The notes beneath the pieces were generated by a model. The model was not told where the DNA came from and did not search any database. It was given only the letters and a program-made list of their open reading frames with translations. A stretch of 64,000 bases of DNA from Squalus acanthias. Lineage: Eukaryota. Below are positions 24,137 to 35,376 of the stretch, in pieces (the first letter of the stretch is position 1; each line of letters starts with the position of its first letter). A program made the translations under genes and the position numbers. The stretch is from positions 88,476,001-88,540,000 of the forward strand of contig CM059432.1 of the NCBI GenBank assembly GCA_030390025.1. The letters are read 5' to 3'.

Positions 24137-26816
24137 CGGTTGGCGGCCACGCACCCGGTACAGGGATCTGTGAGTGAGTGGCATTCAGACCCCATACGGC
24201 AGGCCCCATGTAACCGCAACAGTGGGGGTAGCTCCCAAATGTTGTTGGTCGATACCGGGGCGACCCACATGTGTGTGTGGAGAGGAATTCCCCAGACATT
24301 CGCCTATAAAAGAGTGATAGAATTAGGAGGCTTTGGGGGAGGAATGGATCACGGTCTGTTAGTAGAAACCAGCCTGACCGTGGGCACCCAGTTGTTTGGA
24401 CAAAGGGACACAGCGAGGAATCAGATGGCATATTAGGAGTGGATTGGCTCCGGAAACATGATATTGTGTTAGACATGATTAATCAATGTCTGTGGCGGGG
24501 GAATACGGACATGGGAGGAAATGTAGTAGTCCGACCCAAAGGGAAAATTTGGTCCGTGGGGGTAAGGGTTGAATACCGTCTCGACCAATTTCTCAGGCAC
24601 AATTTGCTTGAGGTTGAGGGGGTGATCAACAGGCTACATGTTGGGCCAGACATAAAAATTAGTGTGGGAGGATGGACCGGGAAGTTGATATACAAGGCCC
24701 AGATCCCATTCGGCCCACTAGACAGTACCGGTTCCCGAAGGAAGCAGAGGGACCTGTGGCACAGGTCATCGAGTCCTTGGTAACACGGGGTGTTGCGTAA
24801 GACGGCCAGTACCTGTAATCCCCCCCACCTGGCTGGTCCAGAAACCCGATGGGGCCTGGCGGTTGATTACAGAGCAGCCAATTGTCATTCCCCAACCGTG
24901 GCGCCAACAGTCACCTCTTCCCCGGAGGGTCAAATGCGTACCTCGGCCACATTAAAGGTCTTCACAGTACTGGATGTCTCAAATGGCTTTTGGTCTGCCC
25001 CCCTCACTGAACCATGTCAATATAAATTTGCATTTACCCTGCAGGGCCAACAGTAATGTGGACATGCCTACCACAGGGCTTCCACAATTCCCCGTCCATC
25101 TTTTACCAAATGTTACAAGACCAATTGGCGCACTTTTCGTGGAGAGAGGCCCTGGTCCAATATGTGGACGATATCCTACTCCACACTGGACTCCATGCAG
25201 GACCATGTGGAACTGCTCCAAGAATTGTTGACATTGATCACCCAGAGTGGGCTGAAATTAAACCCCAAAAATGCACAGATAGCACAACCCAATGTAACCT
25301 ATCTGGGCATTACCCTATCGCACGGGTCTAGGAAAATTGCTGAGGATAAGATAGACGTTGTAAATGGTATCCCAATACCTCTTGATGTCCCATCGTTGCG
25401 ATGATTCCTCGGGTTGGTAGGATGTTTATTGAGGACTTTGTGGCCCGAACGGCCCCTTTGTATACATTACTTAGGAAAGGCGCTCCCTGGGAGTGGGGGC
25501 CCTTGCAGGAACAAGCAGTGGTACAGGTTAAACAGGCCGTCACACATGCACCAGCATTAAAAACTCCGGAAGCAGGGAAATCCTTCTCCATGGAGGTAGC
25601 TACCAACGATGTATCCCTGTCAGTGGTCCTTTTGTAGGAAAGACATGGGACGCTGGTTCCTGTGGCATACGCATCCCACGGCCTATCGCCTGTGGAACAG
25701 ACGTATAATATGTGAGCGACACCTACTGGCTGTGTACTGGGCCACTAACAAGTTCGCATACATTACTGGTTTGGAGGAGGTGGTCCTCCTCACTGCTCAT
25801 ACTCCCACTGATTTGTTACTGTCCGGGTTGTTGCGGGATGGAACAGTATCCAGTAACAGGATTGTGCGATGGACGTTAGGTCTGCAAGAACGTAACCTGA
25901 TAGTCAAACATACGGCCACCCCCTTGTATTTAGCAGCTGGTCTTCTGATATCAGGAAAACCGCACAAGTGCACTTTGGTGATACCAGAACCGGGTGAAGG
26001 GCCGTTTGGCACCCACCCTATTCCTGACTCATTGCATGTCTTTGTGGACGAGTCTAGCAGCCTTACACCAGAGGGACCTGTGTCAGGATTTGGAGTTTAT
26101 GCACCCAAGGAGGACATAGGAAAATCAGTTACATTGTTGGGAGGGCGATTGGCACAGCAAGCTGAACTGGCCGCTGTAGCCTACGTCCTTCAAATGCCAG
26201 ATGGGGAAAAACCTTTAACTATCTTCTTTAATAGTCCCTTTACCTGCCTATCCCTAACCGATTATCTACCCATCTGGGAAAAGAGAGGCTTTGCCTCCAC
26301 TGATGGCAAACCACTCCCCACGGCTGGATTACTGCAATATGTCCTTAGCCAACCGAGGGAGCGGCAGCATCCCGTGGCCATAGTGAAGGTTAAAGCACAT
26401 TCTAAAAATACCCCCTGGGCAGATGAGAACAGAAAGACTGATGAATTGGCCAGAGGCTTCCGGGAGAGTGGGGAGGAATGGACAGCCCTGACCATGGCTA
26501 AGGCTCCCGTTACTCCGCTGCAGCCTACCCATCGGAATAGCCCGATGTTGGTGGAAATGCAGAGCCAGGACCCTTGGATTGCAGCAATCAGGCAAGCCAT
26601 GAAGTGCACCGTGTCATGGCCCCCAGGGTGTCCCAAAAAGAGGGAGGACATCACATGGGAACCAGATCAATTACTACGGTTCCAAAACCAGGTGGTAATC
26701 CCAGACCCTCTACGGGCCGAAATTGTCCAATGGACACATGTGTCCAGTGGACATCAGAAGGGAAAGGGTTTAGCACAGAGATTATCCCAAAATATATGGT
26801 GGCCTAACATAAGAAG
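24137..26816 (+). pseudogene. pol: pol 5' part: protease, RT, tether RNase H, RNase H, integrase HH
   Basis: LLVDTGAT and ILGVDWL (protease). LDVSNGFWS, KFAFT, LPQGFHNSP, YVDD at 25161-25172 (RT). VPVAYAS / CERHLLAVYWA / RIVRW (gypsy-like RH). VFVDESS / AQQAEL / KVKAHS (retroviral RH). THVSSGH...WWPNI (IN). Confidence 0.92.
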
Positions 26817-27289
26817 GACCTGGGGGTCCTTGTACATGAAACACAAAAAGTTACCATGCAGGTATGCTAACAGAGGCCGGTGTCGGGAGCAACAGGAGAG
26901 AACAGTGAGTATTTAAACTCACTTTTGCAGGCTTTTTTACAGAGGCTTACCAATCTCACAGACCGGTGGCGGCGTTCCAGTGCCACGTCACGATTCAAAA
27001 AATGACGCGGGTAAAAGGAAGCAGCTGATTGGGTGAGTACGGCCAGGTGAGTATTTATACTACTCTATAGTTAGACAGTTAAGGTTAATAGTTTATAAAG
27101 TTTAGAAGGTCTTAATTTTTGTGGTTATAGTTTAGAAGGTCTTAATTTTTGTGGTTATAGTTTCTAAGGTCTCTGTTGTGTAGCGGGGAGTGCTAGTAAA
27201 CAAGGGCCCTTGAGTATATTATTTAATTGTAGTGTAATTAGTGGTATTGATTTGATTTAATTTAATTTAAATTAATTAAAGGGTAAGTC

Positions 27290-28168
27290 ATGACAGCACA
27301 GCTTGGCCCTGTGGCATGCTCCTCCTGCACTATGTGGGAAATCAGGAACACTTCCTGTGTCCCTGACAACCATGTGTGCGGGAAGTGTATCCAGCTGCAG
27401 CTACTGGCAGACCGCATTCACGATGCTGAGGACATTGTGGATAGCACGTTTAATGAGTTGGTGACACCGCAGGTAAAGGCTGCACAGGCAGGAAGGGAAT
27501 GGGTGACTGCCAGGCAGAGTAGTAGGCGCAGGCAGGTAGTGCAGGGGTCCCCTGTGGCCATCCCCCTCTCAAACAGATATACCACTTTGGATATTGTTGA
27601 GGGAGATGGCTTATCGGGGGAAGGCAGCAGCAGCCAACTTCCTGGCAGCATGGGTGGTTCTGCTGCACAGGACGGGAGGAAAAAGAGCGGGAGAGCTACA
27701 GTGATAGGGGATTCTATTGTAAGGGGAATAGATAGGCGTTTCTGCGGCCACAAACGAGACTCCAGGATGGTATGTTACCTCCCTGGTGCAAGAGTCAAGG
27801 ATGTCTCGGGGCAGCTGCAGGGCATTCTGGAGGGGGAGGGTGAACAGCCAGTTGTCGTGGTGCATATAGGTAGCAAAGATATAGGTAAAAAATGGGATGA
27901 GGTCCTAAAAGCTGAATATAGGGAGTTAGGAGGTCAATTAAAAAATAGGACCTCAAAGGTAGTAATCTCAGGATTGCTACCAGTGCCACGTGCTAGTCAG
28001 AGTAGAAATAGAAGGATATTTCAGATGAATACGTGGCTAGAGGAATGGTGCAAGGGGGAGGGATTCAAATTCCTGGGACATTGGAACCAGGTTCTGGGGG
28101 AGGTGGGACCAGTACAAACTGGACGATTTGCAGCCTGGGCGGGACCGGGACCGGGACCGATGTCCTAG
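27290..28168 (+). pseudogene. CR1 ORF1: N-terminal Cys-rich zinc finger plus SGNH/GDSL esterase-like domain
   Basis: CSSC...CGKC; VIGDSIVR, LPGARVKD, VHIGSKDI (GxND block); frameshifted near the C-terminus. Confidence 0.85.
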
Positions 28169-28261
28169 GGGAGTGTTTGCTAGTGCTGTTGGGGAGGGTT
28201 TAAACTAAAATGGCAGGGGTTTGGGAACCTGTTCAGGGAGACAGAGGAAAGGGAAGCAAGG

Positions 28262-31177
28262 ATGGAAACAAAAGACAGGAAGGAGAAAAGCAAAAGTGGA
28301 AGGCAGAGAAATCAAGGGTGTAAATCAAACAGGGCTACAGTAAATAATAATTCTAAAAGGACTAAGAGTGTTAAAAAAACAAGCCTGAATGCGAGGAGCA
28401 TTAGTAATAAGGTGGATGAATTAGCTGCGCAAATAGATGTAGACGGATATGATATAATTGGGATTACGGAAACATGGCTCCAGGGTGACCAAGGCTGGGA
28501 ATTCAACATTCAGGGGTATTCAATATTCAGGAAGGACAGGCAAAAAGGAAAAGGAGGTGGGGTAGCATTGCTGGTTAAAGAGGAGATTAAAAGAATAGTA
28601 AGGAAGGATATTACCTCTGATGATGTGGAATCTGTATGGGTAGAGCTGAGAAATACCAAGGGGCAGAAAACGTTAGTGGGAGTTGTATACAGACCCCCAA
28701 ACAGTAATGCGGAGGTTGGGAATGGCATTAAACGGGAAATTAGAGACGCGTGCAATAAGGGCTCAGCAGTTATCATGGGTGAATTTAATTTACATATAGA
28801 TTGGGCTAACCAAATTAGTAACAATACTGTGGAGGAGGAATTCCTAGAGTGTATACGGGATGGTTTTCTGGACCAATATGTCGAGGAACCAACTAGAGAT
28901 CAGGCCATCTTAGACTGGGTATTATGTAATGAGAAAGGATTAATTAGCAATCTTGTTGTGCGAGGCCCCTTGGGGAGGAGCGATCATAATATGATAGAAT
29001 TCTTCATTAAGATGGAGAGTGAAGTAGTTGACTCAGAGACTAGGGTCCTGAATTTAAATAAAGGAAACTACGATGGCATGAGGCGCGAGTTGGCTAGGAT
29101 GGATTGGGGAGCGTTACTTAAAGGGTTGATGGTGGATAGGCAATGGCAAACATTTAAAGATTGCATGGATGAACTACAGAATTTGTTCATCCCTGTTTGG
29201 CATAAAAATAAAACAAAAAAGGTGACTCAACCATGGCTAACAAGGGAAATTAGGGATAGCATAAGATCCAAGGAGAGGTCATATAAATTGGCCGGAAAAA
29301 GCAGCAAACCTGAGGATTGGGAACAGTTTAGGATTCAGCAAAGGAGGACAAAGGGATTAATTAAGAGGGGGAAAATAGAATATGAGAGTAAGCTTACAGG
29401 GAACATAAAAACTGACTGTAAAAGCTTCTATAGATATGCGAAGAGAAAAAGATTGGTGAAGTCAAGTGTAGGTCCCTTGCAGTCAGAATCAGGGGAATTT
29501 ATAATCGGGAACAAAGAAATGGCAGACCAATTAAATACATACTTTGGTTCTGTCTTCACAAAGGAGGACACAAATAACCTCCCAGAGATGTCGGGGAACA
29601 AAGGGTCTAATGAGAGGGAGGAATTGAATGAAATCAATATTTGTCGGGAAATGATGTTAGGGAAATTGACAGGATTGAAGGCCGATAAATCCCCAGGGCC
29701 TGATAATCTACATCCTAGGGTACTTAAGGAAGTGGCCCTAGAAATAGTAGATGCATTGCTGGTCATCTTCCAAAATTCTATAGACTCTGGAACAGTTCCC
29801 ATGGATTGGAGGGTAGCGAATGTAACCCCACTATTTAAAAAAGGTGGTAGAGAGAAAACGAGGAATTATAGACCGGTAAGCCTGACATCGGTAGTGGGGA
29901 AAATGCTAGAGTCCATTATAAAAGATGTAATAGCTGAGCATTTGGAAAACAGTGACAGGATCAGACAAAGTCAACATGGATTTACAAAAGGTAAGTCATG
30001 CTTGACTAATCTACTGGAATTTTTTGAGGATGTAACTGGTAGAATAGATAAGGGAGAACCAGTGGATGTGGTGTATTTGGACTTTTAGAAGGCTTTCGAT
30101 AAGGTCCCGCATAAGAGATTAGCATGCAAAGTTAAAGCACATGGGATTGGGGGTAAGGTACTGACTTGGATAGAGAACTGGTTGGCAGACAGGAAGCAAA
30201 GAGTTGGAATAAATGGGTCTTTTTCTGAGTAGCAGGCAGAGACTAATGGGGTACCGCAGGGATCGGTGCTAGGACCCCAGCTATTCACAATATATATTAA
30301 TGATCTAGCCGAGGGAACTAGATGTAATATCTCCAAGTTTGCAGACAGCACAAAGCTGGGTGGGCGTGTGTGCTGTGAGGAGGATGCAGAGAAACTCCAG
30401 TATGATTTGGACAGGTTGGGTGATTAGGCAGATGCATGGCAGATGCAGTATAATGTGAATAAATGCAAGGTTATCCACTTTGGTGGCAAAAACAGGAAGA
30501 CAGATTATTATCTGAACGGCAATAGATTGGGAAAAGGGGAAGTGCAACGAGACCTGGGTGTCCTTGTGCACCAGTCGCTGAAAGTAAGCATGCAGGTGCA
30601 GCAGGCGGTTCAGAAGGCAAATGGTATGTTGGCCTTCATAGCGAGAGGATTCGAGTACAGGAGCAAGGATGTCTTGCTGCAGTTGTACAGGGCCCTGGTG
30701 AGACCACACCTTGAGTATTGTGTGCAGTTTTGGTCACCTTATCTGAGGAAGGATGTTCTTGCCATGGAGGGAGTGCAGCGAAGATTCACCAGACTGATAC
30801 CTGGGATGGCAGGAATGACGTATGAAGAGAGATTGGGTCAATTAAGCTTATATTCGCTAGAGTTTAGAAGAATGAGAGGGGATCGCATTGAAACTTATAA
30901 AATTCTAACAGGACTAGACAGACTAGATGCAGGAAGAATGTTCCCGATGGCGGGGGATTCCAGAACCAGGGGTCACAGTCTAAGGATAAGGGGTAAGCTA
31001 TTTAGGACTGAGAGGAGGAGGAATTTCTTCACCCAGAGAGTGGTGAACCTGTGGAGTTCTCTACCACAGAAGGCAGTTGAGGCCAATTCATTAAATATAT
31101 TCAAGAAGGAGTTAGATATATTTCTTAAGGCTAAAAGGATCAAGGGATATGGGGAGAAAGCAGGGACAGGATACTGA
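28262..31177 (+). pseudogene. CR1 ORF2: APE endonuclease plus reverse transcriptase, with premature stops
   Basis: NARS, GITETW, VYRPPN, SDHN (APE); [28 protein letters not shown] (RT); TAG at 30086-30088. Confidence 0.92.
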
Positions 31178-31789
31178 ATTTGGATGATCAGCCATGATCT
31201 CATTGAATGGCGGAACAGGCTCGAGGGGCCGAATGGCCTACTCCTATCTTCTATGTTTCTATCGGTACAGCAAGTAATCAAAAAGGCAAATGGAATGTTG
31301 GCCTTTATTGCAAGGGGGTTGGAGTATAAAAGCAGGGAAGTCCTGCTACAACTGTACAGGGTATTGGTGAGACCACACCTTGAGTACTGCGTACAGTTTT
31401 GGTCTCCTTATTTAAGGAAGGATATACTTGCATTGGAGGCAGTTCAGAGACGATTGACTAGGCTAATTCCAGAGATGAGGGGGTTGACTTATGAAGAAAG
31501 GTTGAGCAGGTTGGGCCTATACTCATTGTAATTTAGAAGAATGAGAGGTGATCTTATTGAAACATATAAGATTCTTTGGGGGCTCGACAAGGTAGATGCA
31601 GAGAGGATGTTTCCCCTCGTGGGGAAATCTAGAACTCGGGGGCATAGTTTTAGAATAAAGGGTCGCCCTTTTAGAACTGAGATGAGGAGGAATTTCTTCT
31701 TTCAGAGGGTCGTAAATCTGTGTAATTCTCTGCCCCAGAGAGCCGTGAAGGGTTATGGGGAGTGGGCAGGGAAGTGGCTTTGAGCCCAA

Positions 31790-32624
31790 GAAAATATGAA
31801 ATCTGATCAAGGTTCCCATTTCACAGGTCAGGTGATGAAAGAAACTCTTAAATTGTTGGGGATAAAGTCATGCTTTCAGATCTCGTATAATTCCCAAGCA
31901 GCAGGAATAGTGGAACGAATGAACCGAACCCTTAAAAATCGGTTAGTGAAAGCCCTCGCTGATTATGGGAAGGAGTGGGACAGCCTGTTCCCCCTCCTTC
32001 TAATGGCTAGTAGGGCAATCCCCTCAAAGAGTACAGGGTTTAGCTGGGAGGAGAATGCGGCTGCCAGAAATGTGGGTGGCTGGTTGTCTGTTCGGCCCCC
32101 AGGAGGAGGGAGTCTGCATGAATCAAAGAATGCAATTGCTCCAAAACCATTTGGAGCAGGTGTAGCGGTCCGCAGCCCGTAACTTGGGTATGGCCAGAAT
32201 ATGGTCCCCTGGGTGTTCGTCAGCCGATTCTGAAGGTTATAAGGTGGGAGACCAGGTGATGACACGGGTCAATCATCAAGAGGGGAAATGGAACCCAAAG
32301 TTCGAGGGTCCTTACCCGATCATTGACAAATTATGTCCACAAGTATATAAAATACACTGTCAAGGGTCCAAGCAGAAAAATGCAGACCAGTGGGTCCATG
32401 TTAACCAGCTGAAACCGTATAAAGGTCCGGTATCTAAGGGACAAGTAGACAGTTTAAAAATGATCATGCTGGATAATGCCGATGAATGGTGGCCACATGA
32501 TGAACCAATGGCCATTACCGACAGGGAGCTGCGGCCCCGTCCAACTACCCAGCCCGCGTGGGTACTGTCCGGTGACTATGTGGCCCCGGGACCCTCTCCC
32601 TCACCCCAGTTATCCTCACACTAG
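31790..32624 (+). pseudogene. pol: pol 3' part: integrase core (D,D35E second half) and GPY/F C-terminal domain
   Basis: SDQGSHFT...GIVERMNRTLK; KFEGPYPIIDK...WVHVNQLKPY. Confidence 0.9.
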
Positions 32625-32709
32625 CCAAAACAGGACCGGAGGCGAGGCCAGAAGAAACAGCAAACAGACTGATAAGTAGCCAGATACTGTGTTTGATCAC
32701 TTCCCAGGT

Positions 32710-35239
32710 ATGGCGAGAATCGTTGGGTGGATGCATATGATAATCGAATTAGGCATGCTTCAAATGTGTCACTCAGCAGTGATTAAGGGTTGGTGCCGGA
32801 GTGGCCCTCAAGATGAACGGTATAAATATAATCCGACCAGAGAAGAAGAAAGGGTGAGAGAAATCGAGGAATGACTGAGTCGACGGTGGAACTGCCGCTG
32901 GGAGGTGGCAAGCCCTGGTTACATGGAAGAACTGTTGTATGGGAATCGAACTATTGGAGCACGTGTGGAGGAAGGGAATGAGGTTCGGGTAAAATGCATT
33001 TGTAGCAGTAATGGAACAGCGGTGGGGATCCGGTGACAGTGGTTTCAAGACCAATTTGGCACGTCTGCCCCTCCTGTAGGGGATGTCGGGGTGCCCTATA
33101 AAGGGAAAATATCCCGACAATCTGATGGAAAGAATGGCCTGGTACTAATTCAAATGTTAAACTGGCCCCAGTTCTGGAATAGGCACAGTGGTAACGTCCG
33201 TTGTGAACCGGGTGATGACAGCGCATATGGCAGCTCTCATGTGAGGTTAGAGGCCATTGGGAAACCAGGTAAAAACGCTGTCAGAAGTCCGGGTCCCCCT
33301 TGTCCCATGTTACTCCCTAATCCACAAACAAATGGGTTGGACGTGATGGAATCAGGCCATTTGTTATATAATGATATGCGCTTTGAAATTGTTCCGGTTG
33401 TTTTTAATTTAACCTCTCTGCATATGCCTGACAGATTGGGCCACAGTAGCTGCCTTAATTTGCCGAGCCTCATGTTAAATGAAGTGGTAGGGGACGCGCA
33501 GGCGAGGAAGCAAAGGACAGATGGAGGAGCCCTGACTCAGACATGGGTGAAGGGCCGAAGGCCCAACACAAACGAGGTTTAACCGAATGGGTGGGGATAG
33601 GAGCCACCGCCGGCCTGGCCGGTCTGAATCATATAGATGTCAAATCTATGTGGGAACATGACAAAGTCATGTGGAGGCAACTGGAGGGGCTTTTAACCAA
33701 ATTAAATGACCAAAGCGGGGACCTAATCCATGAACAAGGTAAAACGCTGTTATCCACCCAAGAGATAGTAGTGGCCATGCAGTCCATCTCGGATAAGGTC
33801 AATGAGATTAATGGGGAAAACAACCAAGAGTATGCACAGCAGAACATCTCCAAAGCAGTCACCTGTAGTATGTATGGAAACTTTGTGCTTACCTTACTAC
33901 AAAAAGGATTGTCTGACCTCGAATCTAATCATATTCCTGCCTTTGTCAAGAATCACCACTTGGCCACCTAGCTAGGAACCAATAAGACGGAAGAAGAATA
34001 TAAACGCATCAGGCGGCACGGTCTGGCCTCTCTCGCCCCTCGGGCCCACTCTCAGGGCAGTGTCGGCCGGGTCCCAGTGATATTGGTAGTCCCGATCATC
34101 GTGAACTCTACAGCCCCTCCCGTGTGGTTGTATAAGGTAGAATGGGGCAACACGGTGGCATAGTGGTTAGCACTGTTGCCTCACAGCGCCAGGGACCCGG
34201 GTTCGAATCCGGCCTCGGGTGACTGTCGGTGTGGAGTTTGCACATTCTCCCCGTGTCTGCGTGGGTTTCCTCCCACAGTCCAAAGATGTGCGGGTTAGGT
34301 TGATTTGGCTATGATAAATTGACCCTTAGTGTTAGGGGGATTAAATACGTGGGGTTACGGGAATAGGGTGGGGTATGTGTTGGTGCAGGCTCGATGGGCC
34401 GAAATGGCCTCTATCTGCACTGTGGGGATTCTGTGAATCCATAGGAGTCATTGAACATTACGATGACGATACTATCTTTAAGGAATTTCGGGACCATCCT
34501 CGATGGTTGATTATTAGAAAGAGCACGAGGTTAGCCCCAGACTTGGAGTGTTGCTGACAAGTTGGAAAGGAGTGGGTGTGTAGGTGTGATGTGTATCAGC
34601 ACACTACACCCGCGTGTGGGTTCACATTGGACGAGCCGATGGAGTCCTGGTCAGGTGAGAACTGCCTACGTGGGCAGGGGAAGGTACTGCGTTACAACCA
34701 GTGCCTCACACCTACATCACGGGGAAACCCTCTGCCCGCTTAATAGCCCTATATTCTGTCTCTCCCCAGTTGAACCGGTCAAATTCAGAGGTTAAATGTT
34801 ATTACCAGTTCACCTGCACTACGTTACAGAAATACAATTGGAGCTGCCCCATCAGGAGGCCCGAAGGTCAGTGGTCCACCCGATTCCCCCCCTATCGCTT
34901 AGTTTGAAGTCAATCCTTCAACATACAACTACCTCGCAAGAACATTTGGTTCGTATGCAACAGGATAATAAAGATATCGAGAAAGGAATCAAAACCTTAG
35001 GAGACCACAAATGGTGGGAAATGGTATATAATGTGGGGCAATCCGTCTGGGCTTGTATGCTTTCTTATGCTTTCTTAGTTGTTCGATTTGTGTTGACCAT
35101 CACTATCATTATTACTTTGATACATATACGCGGCGTGTGTCGCCGGTTGGAGGATCAGCTGCGGGTCTGGCAGGCTCTGTCTATTTATGGGGGCCTTTTG
35201 GAGGGTCCCCATGAGTATGAAAAGCTCATACGCAATTAG
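32710..35239 (+). pseudogene. env: env-like class I fusion glycoprotein, degenerate and SINE-interrupted
   Basis: N-terminal signal-like MARIVGWMHMIIELGMLQMCHSA; basic site QHKR then fusion peptide GLTEWVGIGATAGLAGL; heptad region; Cys-rich region; WWE then TM segment LSYAFLVVRFVLTITIIITLI; short tail; located just upstream of the PPT. Confidence 0.85.
34144..34434 (+). mobile_element. HE1-like V-SINE inserted in env
   Basis: A-box TGGCATAGTGG, B-box GGTTCGAATCC, V-domain GTGGAGTTTGCACATTCTCCCCGTGTCTGCGTGGGTTTCC and a CR1-like tail. TSD GAAT (34140-34143, 34435-34438). Removal restores LYKVESIGVIEH. Confidence 0.9.
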
Positions 35240-35366
35240 CAAAATCCGCAAAATTATTAGTAAATAAGTTGGTACTGCGCAATTTGTAAGTTTGTAGACT
35301 CAAGGTGACCAGGCTGAGAGCTGAACGCAAAAAAAAATTAACCAGAGTTTGAAACTAAGGTCCGTT

Positions 35367-35376
35367 AGGGGGGAAA
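35367..35376 (+). promoter_or_regulatory. Polypurine tract
   Basis: AGGGGGGAAA immediately 5' of the 3' LTR TG. Confidence 0.85.

Larger units (their letters stand above)
26865..31263 (+). mobile_element. Near full-length CR1 LINE nested in the older CR1
   Basis: 5' UTR, ORF1, ORF2 and a 3' tail CTCCTATCTTCTATGTTTCTATC, flanked by a GGTA duplication. Confidence 0.92.
26817..31783 (+). mobile_element. 5'-truncated CR1 (26817-26864 + 31264-31783) inserted in the integrase
   Basis: DLGVLVHETQKVTMQV continues as QQVIKKANGMLAFIARG after the nested copy; GGTA is duplicated at 26861-26864 and 31264-31267. Confidence 0.85.

Noticed and set aside
33497..33575. RSV-like double furin cleavage (RKQR and QHKR)
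   Set aside because: A frameshift of unknown position lies between the two sites, so the first may not be in the original frame.
34144..34215. tRNA gene
   Set aside because: The tRNA-like A/B boxes are the head of a SINE with V-domain, LINE tail and TSD.
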